Shown piece by piece: positions 28,861 to 37,730 of a stretch of DNA of 64,000 bases. The first letter of the stretch is position 1. Each line of letters starts with the position of its first letter. Under the pieces are notes generated by a model, which was given only the letters and a program-made list of their open reading frames with translations, ran no database searches and was not told the DNA's origin. The position numbers and the translations under genes were made by a program. Source of the DNA: Acidimicrobiia bacterium (GTDB taxonomy: Bacteria > Actinomycetota > Acidimicrobiia > IMCC26256 > JAENVU01); NCBI GenBank assembly GCA_031362155.1, contig JANLRZ010000185.1, forward strand, positions 6,282-70,281, read 5' to 3'.

Positions 28861-29538
28861 GTGTCGGGAGAGAACGGCGACGACCAGCGCATCCGGGTGT
28901 TCCTGCTCGACGATCACGAGATCGTCCGGCGTGGGGTGCGCGACGTCCTCGAGGGCTCGGGCCTGATCGAGGTGGTGGGTGAAGCCGGGACCGCCGCCGA
29001 GGCCATCTCTCGTATTCCGCCGACCCGACCCGATGTTGCGGTCCTGGACGTCCGTCTCCCCGACGGAGACGGTGTCACCGTGTGTCGAGACGTGCGATCA
29101 CGTCATCCCGAGATCCAGTGTCTGATGCTGACGTCGTTCTCCGACGACGAAGCGATCTTCCAGGCCATCATGGCCGGCGCGGCGGGGTACCTGCTGAAGC
29201 AGATCAAGGGTCCTGACATCGTGGACGCGATCGTGCGGGTCTCGAAGGGTCAGTCGTTGCTCGACCCTTTGGTCACCGCTCGAGTCTTGGAGCGACTCCG
29301 CCAGCCCCCCGAAGAAGACGAGCGATTGGCGGCGCTCACGGGACAGGAGCGCAAGGTGCTCGACCTCATCGCCGAAGGGTTGACCAACCGCCAGATCGGT
29401 GAGCGGATTCACCTGGCCGAGAAGACGGTGAAGAACTACGTGTCGAACCTGTTGACCAAGCTCGGCATGGAACGGCGAACCCAGGCCGCGGTGTATGCCG
29501 CGGGGCTCAAGAACCCCGCTACCGATACCGGCCGATAG
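28861..29538 (+). CDS. NarL/LuxR-family response regulator (DevR/DosR-like)
   Basis: Receiver domain (..VFLLDDHEIV.., ..DVAVLDVRLPDGDG..) and LuxR HTH (..LTGQERKVLDLIAEGLTNRQIGERIHLAEKTVKNYVSNLLTKLG..). AGGAGG lies 9 nt upstream of the GTG. Confidence 0.9.
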   Translation: MSGENGDDQRIRVFLLDDHEIVRRGVRDVLEGSGLIEVVGEAGTAAEAISRIPPTRPDVAVLDVRLPDGDGVTVCRDVRSRHPEIQCLMLTSFSDDEAIFQAIMAGAAGYLLKQIKGPDIVDAIVRVSKGQSLLDPLVTARVLERLRQPPEEDERLAALTGQERKVLDLIAEGLTNRQIGERIHLAEKTVKNYVSNLLTKLGMERRTQAAVYAAGLKNPATDTGR

Positions 29539-29554
29539 CCCCCGGCGGCGGTCG

Positions 29555-30358
29555 TCACAGCTTGACCACGAGCACCGGACACGGGCTGTGGTGGACGACC
29601 CGCATGGCGGTGCTGCCGAGGGCGAGCCGGGCAAATCCCTCTCGAGCGTGACTGCCGACGACCACAAACGATGCCGGGAGTTCGGTCGCGAAGTCGACAA
29701 TGGCATCGGCGGGGTCGACGGCGGTCAGCAGCTTGGTTTCGGTCGCGATGTGCATCGGCATGAGGGTCGCGACGGCGGCATCGAGGCCGGGGCCCGCAGC
29801 CAGATCCGACGTGGCGTCGGCATCGGCGACGAACGGGTATGGCGCCGGCGGGACGGACTCGATGGTCCACAGCCGGAGCCCGTGCCGCTCGGCGAAGCGG
29901 GCGGCCGCGGGCACGATCGCCGCGGCGGTTGCGGCGCCGTCCACGGCCACGACCAGGTTGCCGGCGTCGGAACGGATCGGGTCCGTGACGACCTGCGGAC
30001 CGACGAGGAGTACCGGATCGGTCATCGCCCGGGTGACCGCTTCGGTCGTGCTTCCCAAGACCAGTTCGCCGAGCGTGGAACGCCCATGTGACGCCATACA
30101 GACCAGAGTCGGATGCTCCTCGGCCGCGATCTGGGCGATGGCCGCGGCCGGCGGTTGGTCCAGCAGCACCCGGGTTTCGACGGGAGGACCGACCACCTGA
30201 GTTGCTCGCTCGTCCAGGTACCGGCGGGGGGCAATCGGTTCGCCGCGCCACGTGCTCGTCATGAGGATGAGCGGGTCGTTCCCGGCGAGGACGCGCGCGT
30301 ACGGAAGCGCGCGTTCCGCCTCGACGGAGCCGTCCAACGGGGCGATGATCTTGGTCAT
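29555..30358 (-). CDS. Tandem-domain universal stress protein
   Basis: Two Usp domains, each ending in the G..G(9)GS motif region (..SHGRSTLGELVLGSTTEAV.. and ..GSHAREGFARLALGSTAMRVVHHSPCPVLVV). Confidence 0.85.
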   Translation of the reverse strand: MTKIIAPLDGSVEAERALPYARVLAGNDPLILMTSTWRGEPIAPRRYLDERATQVVGPPVETRVLLDQPPAAAIAQIAAEEHPTLVCMASHGRSTLGELVLGSTTEAVTRAMTDPVLLVGPQVVTDPIRSDAGNLVVAVDGAATAAAIVPAAARFAERHGLRLWTIESVPPAPYPFVADADATSDLAAGPGLDAAVATLMPMHIATETKLLTAVDPADAIVDFATELPASFVVVGSHAREGFARLALGSTAMRVVHHSPCPVLVVKL

Positions 30359-30407
30359 GGACCCAGTGTGTCGCGGGCGGTCCGTCGATCCCAGAGTCCT
30401 TCGGCCT

Positions 30408-30425
30408 CACGGGTCGGGACCCGTG
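30408..30425. promoter_or_regulatory. 18-bp palindrome upstream of the USP gene (candidate response-regulator site)
   Basis: CACGGGTC-GG-GACCCGTG, a perfect palindrome 50-67 nt upstream of the USP start codon. Confidence 0.35.
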
Positions 30426-30549
30426 GAGCGGGGGTCACCGGTCGCAGCGACCTCCGGCCCTAGTCTCGACGCATCCCGAAGGGGAGCATCGACACCGTGG
30501 GTCGCGTCAACCTGACGTCCGGTCACGAGATGGCACCAGAGGGAGAGAG

Positions 30550-31926
30550 ATGAAACCGAGTCGGATCGTCGCGTTGGTCTTCGGATGCATCCTCGTGTTG
30601 CCGTCGCTGGCACTGCTCGCCGGGAGCGCGGGTCTTGCCGCGGCCTACGGTCTCGGCCGCGATTCCGACGGCTATTTCTCGGCCGACCTGCGGCGGGTTC
30701 GCACCTCGACCCCGGCTGTGACCACCCAGGACATCGATTTCGGCACGGAGCGGGGCGACGCCGATGAACTCCTGAAGCGCCTCGACGCGGACATTCGCCT
30801 TCGCGTCACGTCCGCGTCGGCGGGTGGCCGCGTCTTCGTCGGCATCGGCCCGGCGGGTCGGGTCGCTCGCTATCTCGACGGTGTGGCCCATGCTGAGGTC
30901 GTCAACGTTCGGGGCTCTCGGGTCGTGTTGCGGAGTCGAGCCGGATCCGACACGGTCGCGCCGCCCACCGCGCAGAAGTTCTGGGCCGGGTCCGCGTCGG
31001 GACTCGGGACCCAACAGTTGGTCTGGAAGGCCACCGCGGGACGGTGGACCGTCGTCGTGATGAACGCCGACGGGAGTCCGAACGTGGCCGCCGACGTGAA
31101 CGTTGGTGCGAAAATCGGAGCGCTGCTTCCCGCCGCGCTCATCCTGCTCGGCATCGGCGCGGTGCTGATGGCCCTGGCCGTGGTGTTGATCGTGGTCGGC
31201 GCCAGTGGCCGGAGGCCAACCGCCGTCGACGGCGAGGCCGCCGTCGCGCTCGCATCCCCATCTGGACCGGGTACACCGGTCCGGCTGAGTGCCCAACTCG
31301 ACCCGGCGTTGTCGCGCTGGAAGTGGTTGGTGAAATGGATTCTGGCGATCCCCCACTTCGTGGTGTTGTTCTTTCTATGGATCGCCTTCGTCACCGTGAC
31401 CGTGGTCGCCGGCTTCGCCATTCTGTTCACCCGGCGTTATCCGCGGTCGCTGTTCGATTTCAACCTGGGTGTGTTGCGGTGGACGTGGCGAGTGCAGGCC
31501 TACGCGACCTCGGGCGGTCTCGGCACGGATCGGTACCCTCCGTTCAGCCTTGGTGCCGAGCCCGACTATCCCGCGACGCTCGACATTGCCTATCCCGGCG
31601 AACTCTCACGCGGCCTGGTGCTCGTGAAGTCGTGGCTGCTCGCGATCCCTCACTACTTGGTGTTGGCCTTCATGACGGGAGGCGCGTCCGCCAACGGAGG
31701 GCTCCGCGCCGTGCTGGTGTTGATCGCCGTGGTCATCCTGCTCTTCACCACGCGGTACCCGCAGTCGCTGTTCGATCTCATCGTCGGGGTGAACCGGTGG
31801 TCCTACCGGGTCGTGGCCTACGCAGCGCTCATGACCGACGAGTACCCGCCGTTCCGACTCGACCAAGGTGGAGACGAACCGGAGTTTCCCGAGCCCGTCG
31901 CGATCTCCACCGGTGAGGCCAGTTAG
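30550..31926 (+). CDS. Membrane protein with an N-terminal extracytoplasmic domain and two DUF4389-like repeats
   Basis: Two copies of the W(L/I)LAIPH(F/Y)(V/L)VL..FTxRYPxSLFD..RWxxRVxAY...D(R/E)YPPF block. Confidence 0.7.
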   Translation: MKPSRIVALVFGCILVLPSLALLAGSAGLAAAYGLGRDSDGYFSADLRRVRTSTPAVTTQDIDFGTERGDADELLKRLDADIRLRVTSASAGGRVFVGIGPAGRVARYLDGVAHAEVVNVRGSRVVLRSRAGSDTVAPPTAQKFWAGSASGLGTQQLVWKATAGRWTVVVMNADGSPNVAADVNVGAKIGALLPAALILLGIGAVLMALAVVLIVVGASGRRPTAVDGEAAVALASPSGPGTPVRLSAQLDPALSRWKWLVKWILAIPHFVVLFFLWIAFVTVTVVAGFAILFTRRYPRSLFDFNLGVLRWTWRVQAYATSGGLGTDRYPPFSLGAEPDYPATLDIAYPGELSRGLVLVKSWLLAIPHYLVLAFMTGGASANGGLRAVLVLIAVVILLFTTRYPQSLFDLIVGVNRWSYRVVAYAALMTDEYPPFRLDQGGDEPEFPEPVAISTGEAS

Positions 31927-31937
31927 CGTCTGGCCGT

Positions 31938-32966
31938 GTGAGCGGTGACCGCGAAAAGCTGGTGCTGGAGATCGACGGCCGCGAGGTCGCGATCTCGCAC
32001 CCCGACAAGTTGTTGTTCGCCGACCGGGGTGAGACCAAGCTCGATCTGATCCGCTACTACGAATCAGTGCGAGACCCGTTGCTCGCGACCATGGGCGGGC
32101 GTCCGGTGATGCTCCAGCGATTCCCGAGCGGCGCGGGTGGCTCGTCGTTCTTCCAGAAACGCGTCCCGAAGAACGCACCGAAGTGGTTGGAGACCGCCGT
32201 GGTGTCGACGCCGAACGGAACCGAGTCCAACGCGATGGTCGTGGCGGACGTCGCGCACGTTGCGTGGGCCGTCAACCTTGGGTGTCTCGGGTTCCACGTG
32301 TGGCCCTCGTTGGCCCGCGCGCCGGAGTTCGCCGACGAGTTGCGGATCGACCTCGACCCGGGTCCGGGGGTGACCTTTGCGATGGTGCAGGAGGCCGCAT
32401 CCGAGGTGCGTCGCCTGCTCGACGATCACGGGATCGCCGGATACCCGAAGACGACCGGCAGCCGCGGCATTCACATCTATGCACGACTTCGACCGGAGTG
32501 GGATTCCTACGAAGTGCGGTTCGCGGCGGTTGCGGCCGCCCGCGAACTCGAGCGGCGACGGCCCGACCTGATGACCGCGGCGTGGTGGAAGGAAGAACGT
32601 GGCGAACGGGTGTTCATCGACTTCAACCAAAATGCTCCCCACAAGACCGTGTTCGGGGCGTGGTCGGCGCGGGCCTATCCCGAAGCCCCGGTCTCGATGC
32701 CGTTCCACTGGGACGAACTCGCCGATGTGTCGCCGCGCCGCTGGACGATCGCCGATGCTTCCGAGCGACTCCAGGCCGACGGCGACCCGTGGGCGGCGAT
32801 GTATGACGCGCCCCAGTCGATCGCCCCGTTACTGGAACTGCACGAACGGGACATGGCCGCGGGAATGATGGACGCCCCGTGGCCGCCGGTGTATCCGAAG
32901 CAACCCAATGAACCGCCCCGGGTCGCTCCGAGTCGGGCCAAGAAGCCTGACCCGCCCGGCGCCTGA
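31938..32966 (+). CDS. LigD-type polymerase/primase domain protein (stand-alone PolDom, NHEJ-associated AEP primase)
   Basis: ..ISHPDKLLF..TKLDLIRYY..., ..LRIDLDP.., ..PKTTGSRGIHIY.., ..VFIDFNQN.. are motifs of LigD polymerase domains. GTG start. Confidence 0.85.
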   Translation: MSGDREKLVLEIDGREVAISHPDKLLFADRGETKLDLIRYYESVRDPLLATMGGRPVMLQRFPSGAGGSSFFQKRVPKNAPKWLETAVVSTPNGTESNAMVVADVAHVAWAVNLGCLGFHVWPSLARAPEFADELRIDLDPGPGVTFAMVQEAASEVRRLLDDHGIAGYPKTTGSRGIHIYARLRPEWDSYEVRFAAVAAARELERRRPDLMTAAWWKEERGERVFIDFNQNAPHKTVFGAWSARAYPEAPVSMPFHWDELADVSPRRWTIADASERLQADGDPWAAMYDAPQSIAPLLELHERDMAAGMMDAPWPPVYPKQPNEPPRVAPSRAKKPDPPGA

Positions 32967-33038
32967 CCCGACCGGCGTCGACCACCTTCCGATCCCCGGG
33001 GTCGCATTCCGGGTCCCGCCTCTGCTATCCCATGCGCC

Positions 33039-33944
33039 ATGACAAAGATGTGTGAAGGCAGAGTTGTGATCATCACCGGTTCCGGCCGGGGCATCGGGCG
33101 TGAATACGCGTTGATGATGGCGGGCGAAGGCGCCAAGGTCGTGGTGAACGACGTTGGTGGTTCGCGTGACGGTGCCGGCCACTCGGATGGCCCGGCGCAC
33201 GACGTCGTTGCCGAGATCGAGGGCATGGGCGGCGAGGCGGTCGCGAACGGTGACGACATCTCCACCTGGGAGGGCGCGGGCAACGTCGTCAAGCAGGCGA
33301 TCGATCACTTCGGTGGTCTCGACGTTGTCGTGAACAACGCCGGAATCCTGCGGGACCGGATGCTCGTGAACATGGCCGAGGAAGAGTGGGACGCCGTCAT
33401 CAAGGTGCACCTGAAGGGCACGTTCGGTGTATCCCGGTTCGCGGCGGCGTACTGGCGTGAGCGTTCGAAGAACGGGGAGACCAACGACGCCCGGATCATC
33501 AACACGACGTCGCCGTCGGGGATCTACGGCAACGCCGGTCAGACCAACTACGGCGCGGCCAAAGCGGGCATCGCGAGTTTCTCGATCATCGCCGCCATGG
33601 AACTCGAGCGGTACGGCGTGACCGTGAACGCGATCGCCCCGACTGCGCTCACGCGAATGACCGAAGACCTCGGTCTCGGCGGCGCGTCGGAAGAGACCAA
33701 GGCGATGATGGATCCCCGGTGGATCGCACCGCTCTGCACGTGGCTCGCATCGCCCCAGTCCGCGGGCGTGACCGGTCGGGTATTCGAGGCGTCGGGTGCG
33801 CAACTTTCGGTGGCCGAGAGCTGGCACCGGGGTCCGAGCGCACCGCCGGTGGACGATCCGTCCGAGGTCGACGCGGTGATCCGCCCGCTCATCGCCGCAG
33901 CTCGTCCGAACTCGGACATGTTCGGCAACGACAAGGCGTCGTAA
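33039..33944 (+). CDS. Short-chain dehydrogenase/reductase (Rv0148 / 17-beta-HSD4-like)
   Basis: TGSGRGIG cofactor motif, NNAG, catalytic YGAAK. About 50-aa C-terminal extension. Confidence 0.85.
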   Translation: MTKMCEGRVVIITGSGRGIGREYALMMAGEGAKVVVNDVGGSRDGAGHSDGPAHDVVAEIEGMGGEAVANGDDISTWEGAGNVVKQAIDHFGGLDVVVNNAGILRDRMLVNMAEEEWDAVIKVHLKGTFGVSRFAAAYWRERSKNGETNDARIINTTSPSGIYGNAGQTNYGAAKAGIASFSIIAAMELERYGVTVNAIAPTALTRMTEDLGLGGASEETKAMMDPRWIAPLCTWLASPQSAGVTGRVFEASGAQLSVAESWHRGPSAPPVDDPSEVDAVIRPLIAAARPNSDMFGNDKAS

Positions 33945-33950
33945 CTCCCC

Positions 33951-34023
33951 CCACCTCCGCGACTTTTTGTCTGCCCGTGGTCGGAAACCCAACCCTCCAG
34001 ACAAAAAGTCGCGGCAGGGGTGG
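33951..34023. terminator. Long AT-cored hairpin between convergent genes (bidirectional terminator candidate)
   Basis: Perfect 16-bp arms CGCGACTTTTTGTCTG (33958-33973) and CAGACAAAAAGTCGCG (33998-34013), extendable with bulges to 33951/34023, with a 24-nt loop. Confidence 0.6.
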
Positions 34024-34539
34024 TTAGGTCGACGTGACGGCCAGGGTCAGCGTGTCCTCGTCGACGAGTATCACGTCGAGCCCGGCCTTGCCTGAGTCCT
34101 TCGAGGTCACCGTCAGCGTGCATGGTGACGTCGCGGTGAAGAAGGTGCAGCGACCGGCATCGTCGGCGGGCATACCCCACACGGTGAGGAACTGGTCGAG
34201 CGTGTACTTGGCGTTCTGCTTCGGGCTCTCGACATGGATCTCACCGGTTGCATCGTGGGTGTGCAAGGCCGCAATCCGGTTGGAGTCCTCGTCGATGCCG
34301 ATCCCACTGGGGACCTCGAAGGGTTTCCCGGCCACGGTCACCTTGAGTCGGGTGTGGATATGAGTGTCGAATGCCTCCTGGTCGAGGAGGGGAACGTTCG
34401 CGGCGGTCGTGCGCGCCTCCAACGCTGACGAGGTTGCAGTGTCGCCGCTGGTGGATCCGGAACTCGTCGCACTCGACGAGCAGGCGACGAGCGCGACACC
34501 GCACGCTGCGATCGCGATGAACCCCCGTGGTGAACGCAT
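34024..34539 (-). CDS. Hypothetical lipoprotein
   Basis: ATG 34539. Signal peptide plus lipobox (..GVALVAC), Ser/Thr-rich linker, then a beta-rich domain. I did not recognise a family. Confidence 0.55.
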   Translation of the reverse strand: MRSPRGFIAIAACGVALVACSSSATSSGSTSGDTATSSALEARTTAANVPLLDQEAFDTHIHTRLKVTVAGKPFEVPSGIGIDEDSNRIAALHTHDATGEIHVESPKQNAKYTLDQFLTVWGMPADDAGRCTFFTATSPCTLTVTSKDSGKAGLDVILVDEDTLTLAVTST

Positions 34540-34640
34540 GAGCCAGTGATCTCCTGTTTGGCCGATTGAACGATCCATTTTGGTCGCTGGGTGCCGGGAT
34601 TCCTGGACACGGACGCGTGACCGGCGGCTACCTTCGCCCA

Positions 34641-36098
34641 ATGGCGAGCAGAAACCCGGCGCTCAAGGCGCTGCGACGACACGAAGTGCCGACCTGGTGG
34701 CGCGATGCCAAGCTCGGGATCTTCGTCCACTGGACACCGGCGTCGGTGCCGGGTTTCGCACCGATCGACGGTGACATCGTCTCGATGATGCAATCCGGCG
34801 ATCCGAAGGCGATGGGGTGGTCGCCGTACACCGAGTGGTACGAGAACTCGCTCCGCTTCCCGGACAGTCCCGTCGCGAAGTTCCATCGCGAGCGATACGG
34901 CGATCGTGCCTATCGCAGGTTCATCGCCGATTGGGAAGCCGGCCTCGCGCACTGGGACCCCGAGGAGTGGGCTCGAACGTTCGCGGCGACCGGGGCCCGG
35001 TACGTCGTGCTGGTCAGCAAGCACCACGACGGGTACTGCCTGTGGCCATCCTCCATCGCGAACCCTCGTTTGCCCGGACATCAATGCGCGCGTGATGTGG
35101 TGGGGGAACTCGGTGAGGCCGTGCGCGGACAAGGCATGCGCTTCGGCGTCTACTACTCGGGTGGGCTCGACTGGACCTTCGACGACCGCCCGATGGGTCA
35201 GATGTCCGACATGATTTCGGCGATTCCGCGCGGCGAGTATCCGGCCTATGCGGCGGCCCAGGTGCGCGAACTCATCACTCGGTACCGACCCAGTGTCCTG
35301 TGGAACGACATCGCCTGGCCCCAGGAAGGCAAGGAGCTCTGGCCGCTCTTTCGCGAGTACTACGACGCCGTACCCGACGGGGTGGTGAACGACCGGTGGA
35401 TGCCGTGGAGTCCGGTGATGAAGGCGTTGCAGTTCGGGCCCGCCCGCAAGTTGCTCGATGGCGCAGTGACGAAGCAGGCGAGAAAGGACGCGGGCGTGAT
35501 TCCGCCCGAACCCCCGTTCTACGACGTGCGTACCCCCGAGTACACCTCGTTCCCCGACATCCAGCGGCGGCCGTGGGAGTGCGTGCGGGGTATGGACCAC
35601 AGCTTTGGGTACAACGCGGCGTCGCGCCCGGAGGACTTCCTGACTCACGACGATCTGCTGTGGTCCTTCGTCGACATGGTGAGCAAGAACGGCAACCTCT
35701 TGTTGAACGTCGGCCCCCGTGGGATCGATGCGTCGATTCCCGACGAGCAGCGCCAGCGGTTGCAATGGCTCGGGGATTGGTTGGGCGCGAATGAGGCCGC
35801 CGTGCGTGCGACGCGACCGTGGGTGCGACCCGGGACCCAGACCGGTGAAGGTGCCGGTGTGCGCTACACCGCGGGTGATCGAGAGGTGTTCGCCATCGTG
35901 GAGCGCGCGAGTGCGATCGTCACGCTGCCGGATCTGGACGCGACTCGCACGACGACCGTGGCGACGGCTGATGGCGGGGCGGTCACGTGGAGCGCGACGG
36001 ATGCTGGGCTGCGACTCGATGTGGGTGCCGACGCGTCGTCGACGCCCGGGCCGATCACTCTTCGCTGCCGTGACGTCGCCGCCACGCGCCGTACCTGA
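34641..36098 (+). CDS. Alpha-L-fucosidase (GH29)
   Basis: ..WWRDAKLGIFVHW.., ..YVVLVSKHHDGYCLWPS.., ..FGVYYSGGLDW.. are GH29 blocks. Confidence 0.8.
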   Translation: MASRNPALKALRRHEVPTWWRDAKLGIFVHWTPASVPGFAPIDGDIVSMMQSGDPKAMGWSPYTEWYENSLRFPDSPVAKFHRERYGDRAYRRFIADWEAGLAHWDPEEWARTFAATGARYVVLVSKHHDGYCLWPSSIANPRLPGHQCARDVVGELGEAVRGQGMRFGVYYSGGLDWTFDDRPMGQMSDMISAIPRGEYPAYAAAQVRELITRYRPSVLWNDIAWPQEGKELWPLFREYYDAVPDGVVNDRWMPWSPVMKALQFGPARKLLDGAVTKQARKDAGVIPPEPPFYDVRTPEYTSFPDIQRRPWECVRGMDHSFGYNAASRPEDFLTHDDLLWSFVDMVSKNGNLLLNVGPRGIDASIPDEQRQRLQWLGDWLGANEAAVRATRPWVRPGTQTGEGAGVRYTAGDREVFAIVERASAIVTLPDLDATRTTTVATADGGAVTWSATDAGLRLDVGADASSTPGPITLRCRDVAATRRT

Positions 36099-36125
36099 CG
36101 CAGGCGTCAGGTACAGTCGCCGCGC

Positions 36126-37367
36126 ATGACCGCGACCTTCGACCGCGTCCTTCCCAAGATCATCAGCGTCGATGATCACGTGGTGGAACCGCCTCACGTC
36201 TGGCAGACCTGGCTGCCCGAGCGGTTCCGAGCACGCGGTCCGCGAGTGGAGCGCAGGCAGTGGGGGCCGTTTCGGCATCTTCCCGGGGCTCGGTACGAGA
36301 TGAGCGAAGACCCTGGGGGCCGCTGGGGAGATGCCTGGTACTTCGACGACCAGCTCATCTATGTCCACAAACGCTTCGTCGCGATCCCACTCGACGCGAC
36401 ACCCAATGGTGACCTCTCCAAGTTCGACCGTACGAAGATGGTGATGGAGGCGGTCACCTACGACGAGATGCGGCCGGGCTGCTACGACGGCCAAGCGCGG
36501 ATCGCAGATTTCGAACTCAACTGGGTCGACGGTTCGTTGCCGTTCCCGACCTTTCCGCGGTTTTGCGGACAGACCTTCTACGAGCATGCCGACCGCGAAC
36601 TCGGGCTGGCGTGTGTGCAGGCGTACAACGACTGGATGGTGGAGGAGTGGTGCGCGCCGTCGGGCGGCATGAACATCCCGCTCTGCATCATGCCGTTGTG
36701 GGACGCAGAACTTGCGGCCGCCGAGATTCGCCGCAACGCCGAACGGGGCGTGCGCGCGTTCTGCTTCAGCGAGTTGCCGCACCACCTGAAGCTGCCCACG
36801 ATCCACAGCGGCGGTTGGGACCCGGTCTTCGACGTGTGCAACGAAACCGGCGTGACGTTGTGCATGCACATCGGGTCGTCGTCGACGAACCCAGCGGCGT
36901 CGCCCGACGCGCCGAAGGGTGTCGGCGGCACACTGGCGTTCAACAACTCGATGGCCTCGCTGGCCGACTGGTTGTTCTCGGGCAAGTTGATCCAGTTCCC
37001 GAAGTTGAAGCTGGCGTACTCCGAAGGCCAGATCGGGTGGATCCCGTACGCCCTCGAACGGGCCGACACCGTGTGGGACCAACACGACAGCTGGCAGCAT
37101 TCGAAGGAACTGATCCCCGAGCCGCCGTCGACCTATTACTACGGACGGATCTTCGGGTGTTTCACCGCGGATCGTCATGGGCTCGCATCGCTCGACGAAG
37201 TCGGCGTCGACAACATCTGCTTCGAGACCGATTATCCCCACACCGATACGACCTGGCCCGACAGTCACGCGTACATCCAAGCGATGCTTGCGGGGTACGA
37301 CGACGATGTCGCCTACAAGGTCCTGCGCGGCAACGCCATCCGCATGCTGGAGTTGGACCGAGTCTGA
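36126..37367 (+). CDS. Amidohydrolase-2 family metal-dependent hydrolase/decarboxylase (ACMSD-like)
   Basis: ..ISVDDHVVEP.., ..MHIGSSS.., ..FETDYPHTD.. motifs. Confidence 0.8.
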   Translation: MTATFDRVLPKIISVDDHVVEPPHVWQTWLPERFRARGPRVERRQWGPFRHLPGARYEMSEDPGGRWGDAWYFDDQLIYVHKRFVAIPLDATPNGDLSKFDRTKMVMEAVTYDEMRPGCYDGQARIADFELNWVDGSLPFPTFPRFCGQTFYEHADRELGLACVQAYNDWMVEEWCAPSGGMNIPLCIMPLWDAELAAAEIRRNAERGVRAFCFSELPHHLKLPTIHSGGWDPVFDVCNETGVTLCMHIGSSSTNPAASPDAPKGVGGTLAFNNSMASLADWLFSGKLIQFPKLKLAYSEGQIGWIPYALERADTVWDQHDSWQHSKELIPEPPSTYYYGRIFGCFTADRHGLASLDEVGVDNICFETDYPHTDTTWPDSHAYIQAMLAGYDDDVAYKVLRGNAIRMLELDRV

Positions 37368-37391
37368 GGCGCATCAAACCTGATTTCCCTC

Positions 37392-37697
37392 ATGTTGGGG
37401 ATGCAGGGGCCGCTCGATCGGATGAAGCTCCTCGTGCGGGCCTGGGAGGCCTCAACGATGGAGCACACCATGGGGACACTGACGAAGCCACGCTCCGCAG
37501 GCGGGCGATCTCATCTCAAGCTGGTCCACTCGACCGACGATGCTCGGGGCATGACTGTGGCACCGACCGGAAAACTCTGCGATCTCGACGACCCGAACCC
37601 CGGCCCGCGCGATGCGGCGGCCCTCGTTGCTCGGTTCAGCCGCGTGCTGCCCTCCGACATCGACTGCGACGGGGTCTTCTCACTCGGCGAGAGTTAA
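37392..37697 (+). CDS. Hypothetical small protein (weak call)
   Basis: It is the only coding-like ORF in a 363-bp gap. GC3 is high and the stop is TAA. I did not recognise a family, and the start is ambiguous (several in-frame ATGs). Confidence 0.35.
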   Translation: MLGMQGPLDRMKLLVRAWEASTMEHTMGTLTKPRSAGGRSHLKLVHSTDDARGMTVAPTGKLCDLDDPNPGPRDAAALVARFSRVLPSDIDCDGVFSLGES

Positions 37698-37730
37698 GGG
37701 ACCAGGTCCTCGCCTTCGGCCGCGGTGCCT

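Noticed and set aside
34338-37280. A 980-aa ORF on the minus strand. Similar giant ORFs occur at 47274-50327 (+, 1017 aa), 56790-59180 (upper part of the 1047-aa minus ORF), 4364-6331 (-, 655 aa) and 39320-41218 (-, 632 aa).
   Set aside because: All lie antisense or out of frame relative to genes with clear family motifs (fucosidase, amidohydrolase, phosphotransferase, P450, MIPS and others). Their translations are Arg/Pro/Gly/Asp-rich with no motifs. This is the usual stop-codon-poor shadow-ORF artefact of very GC-rich DNA.
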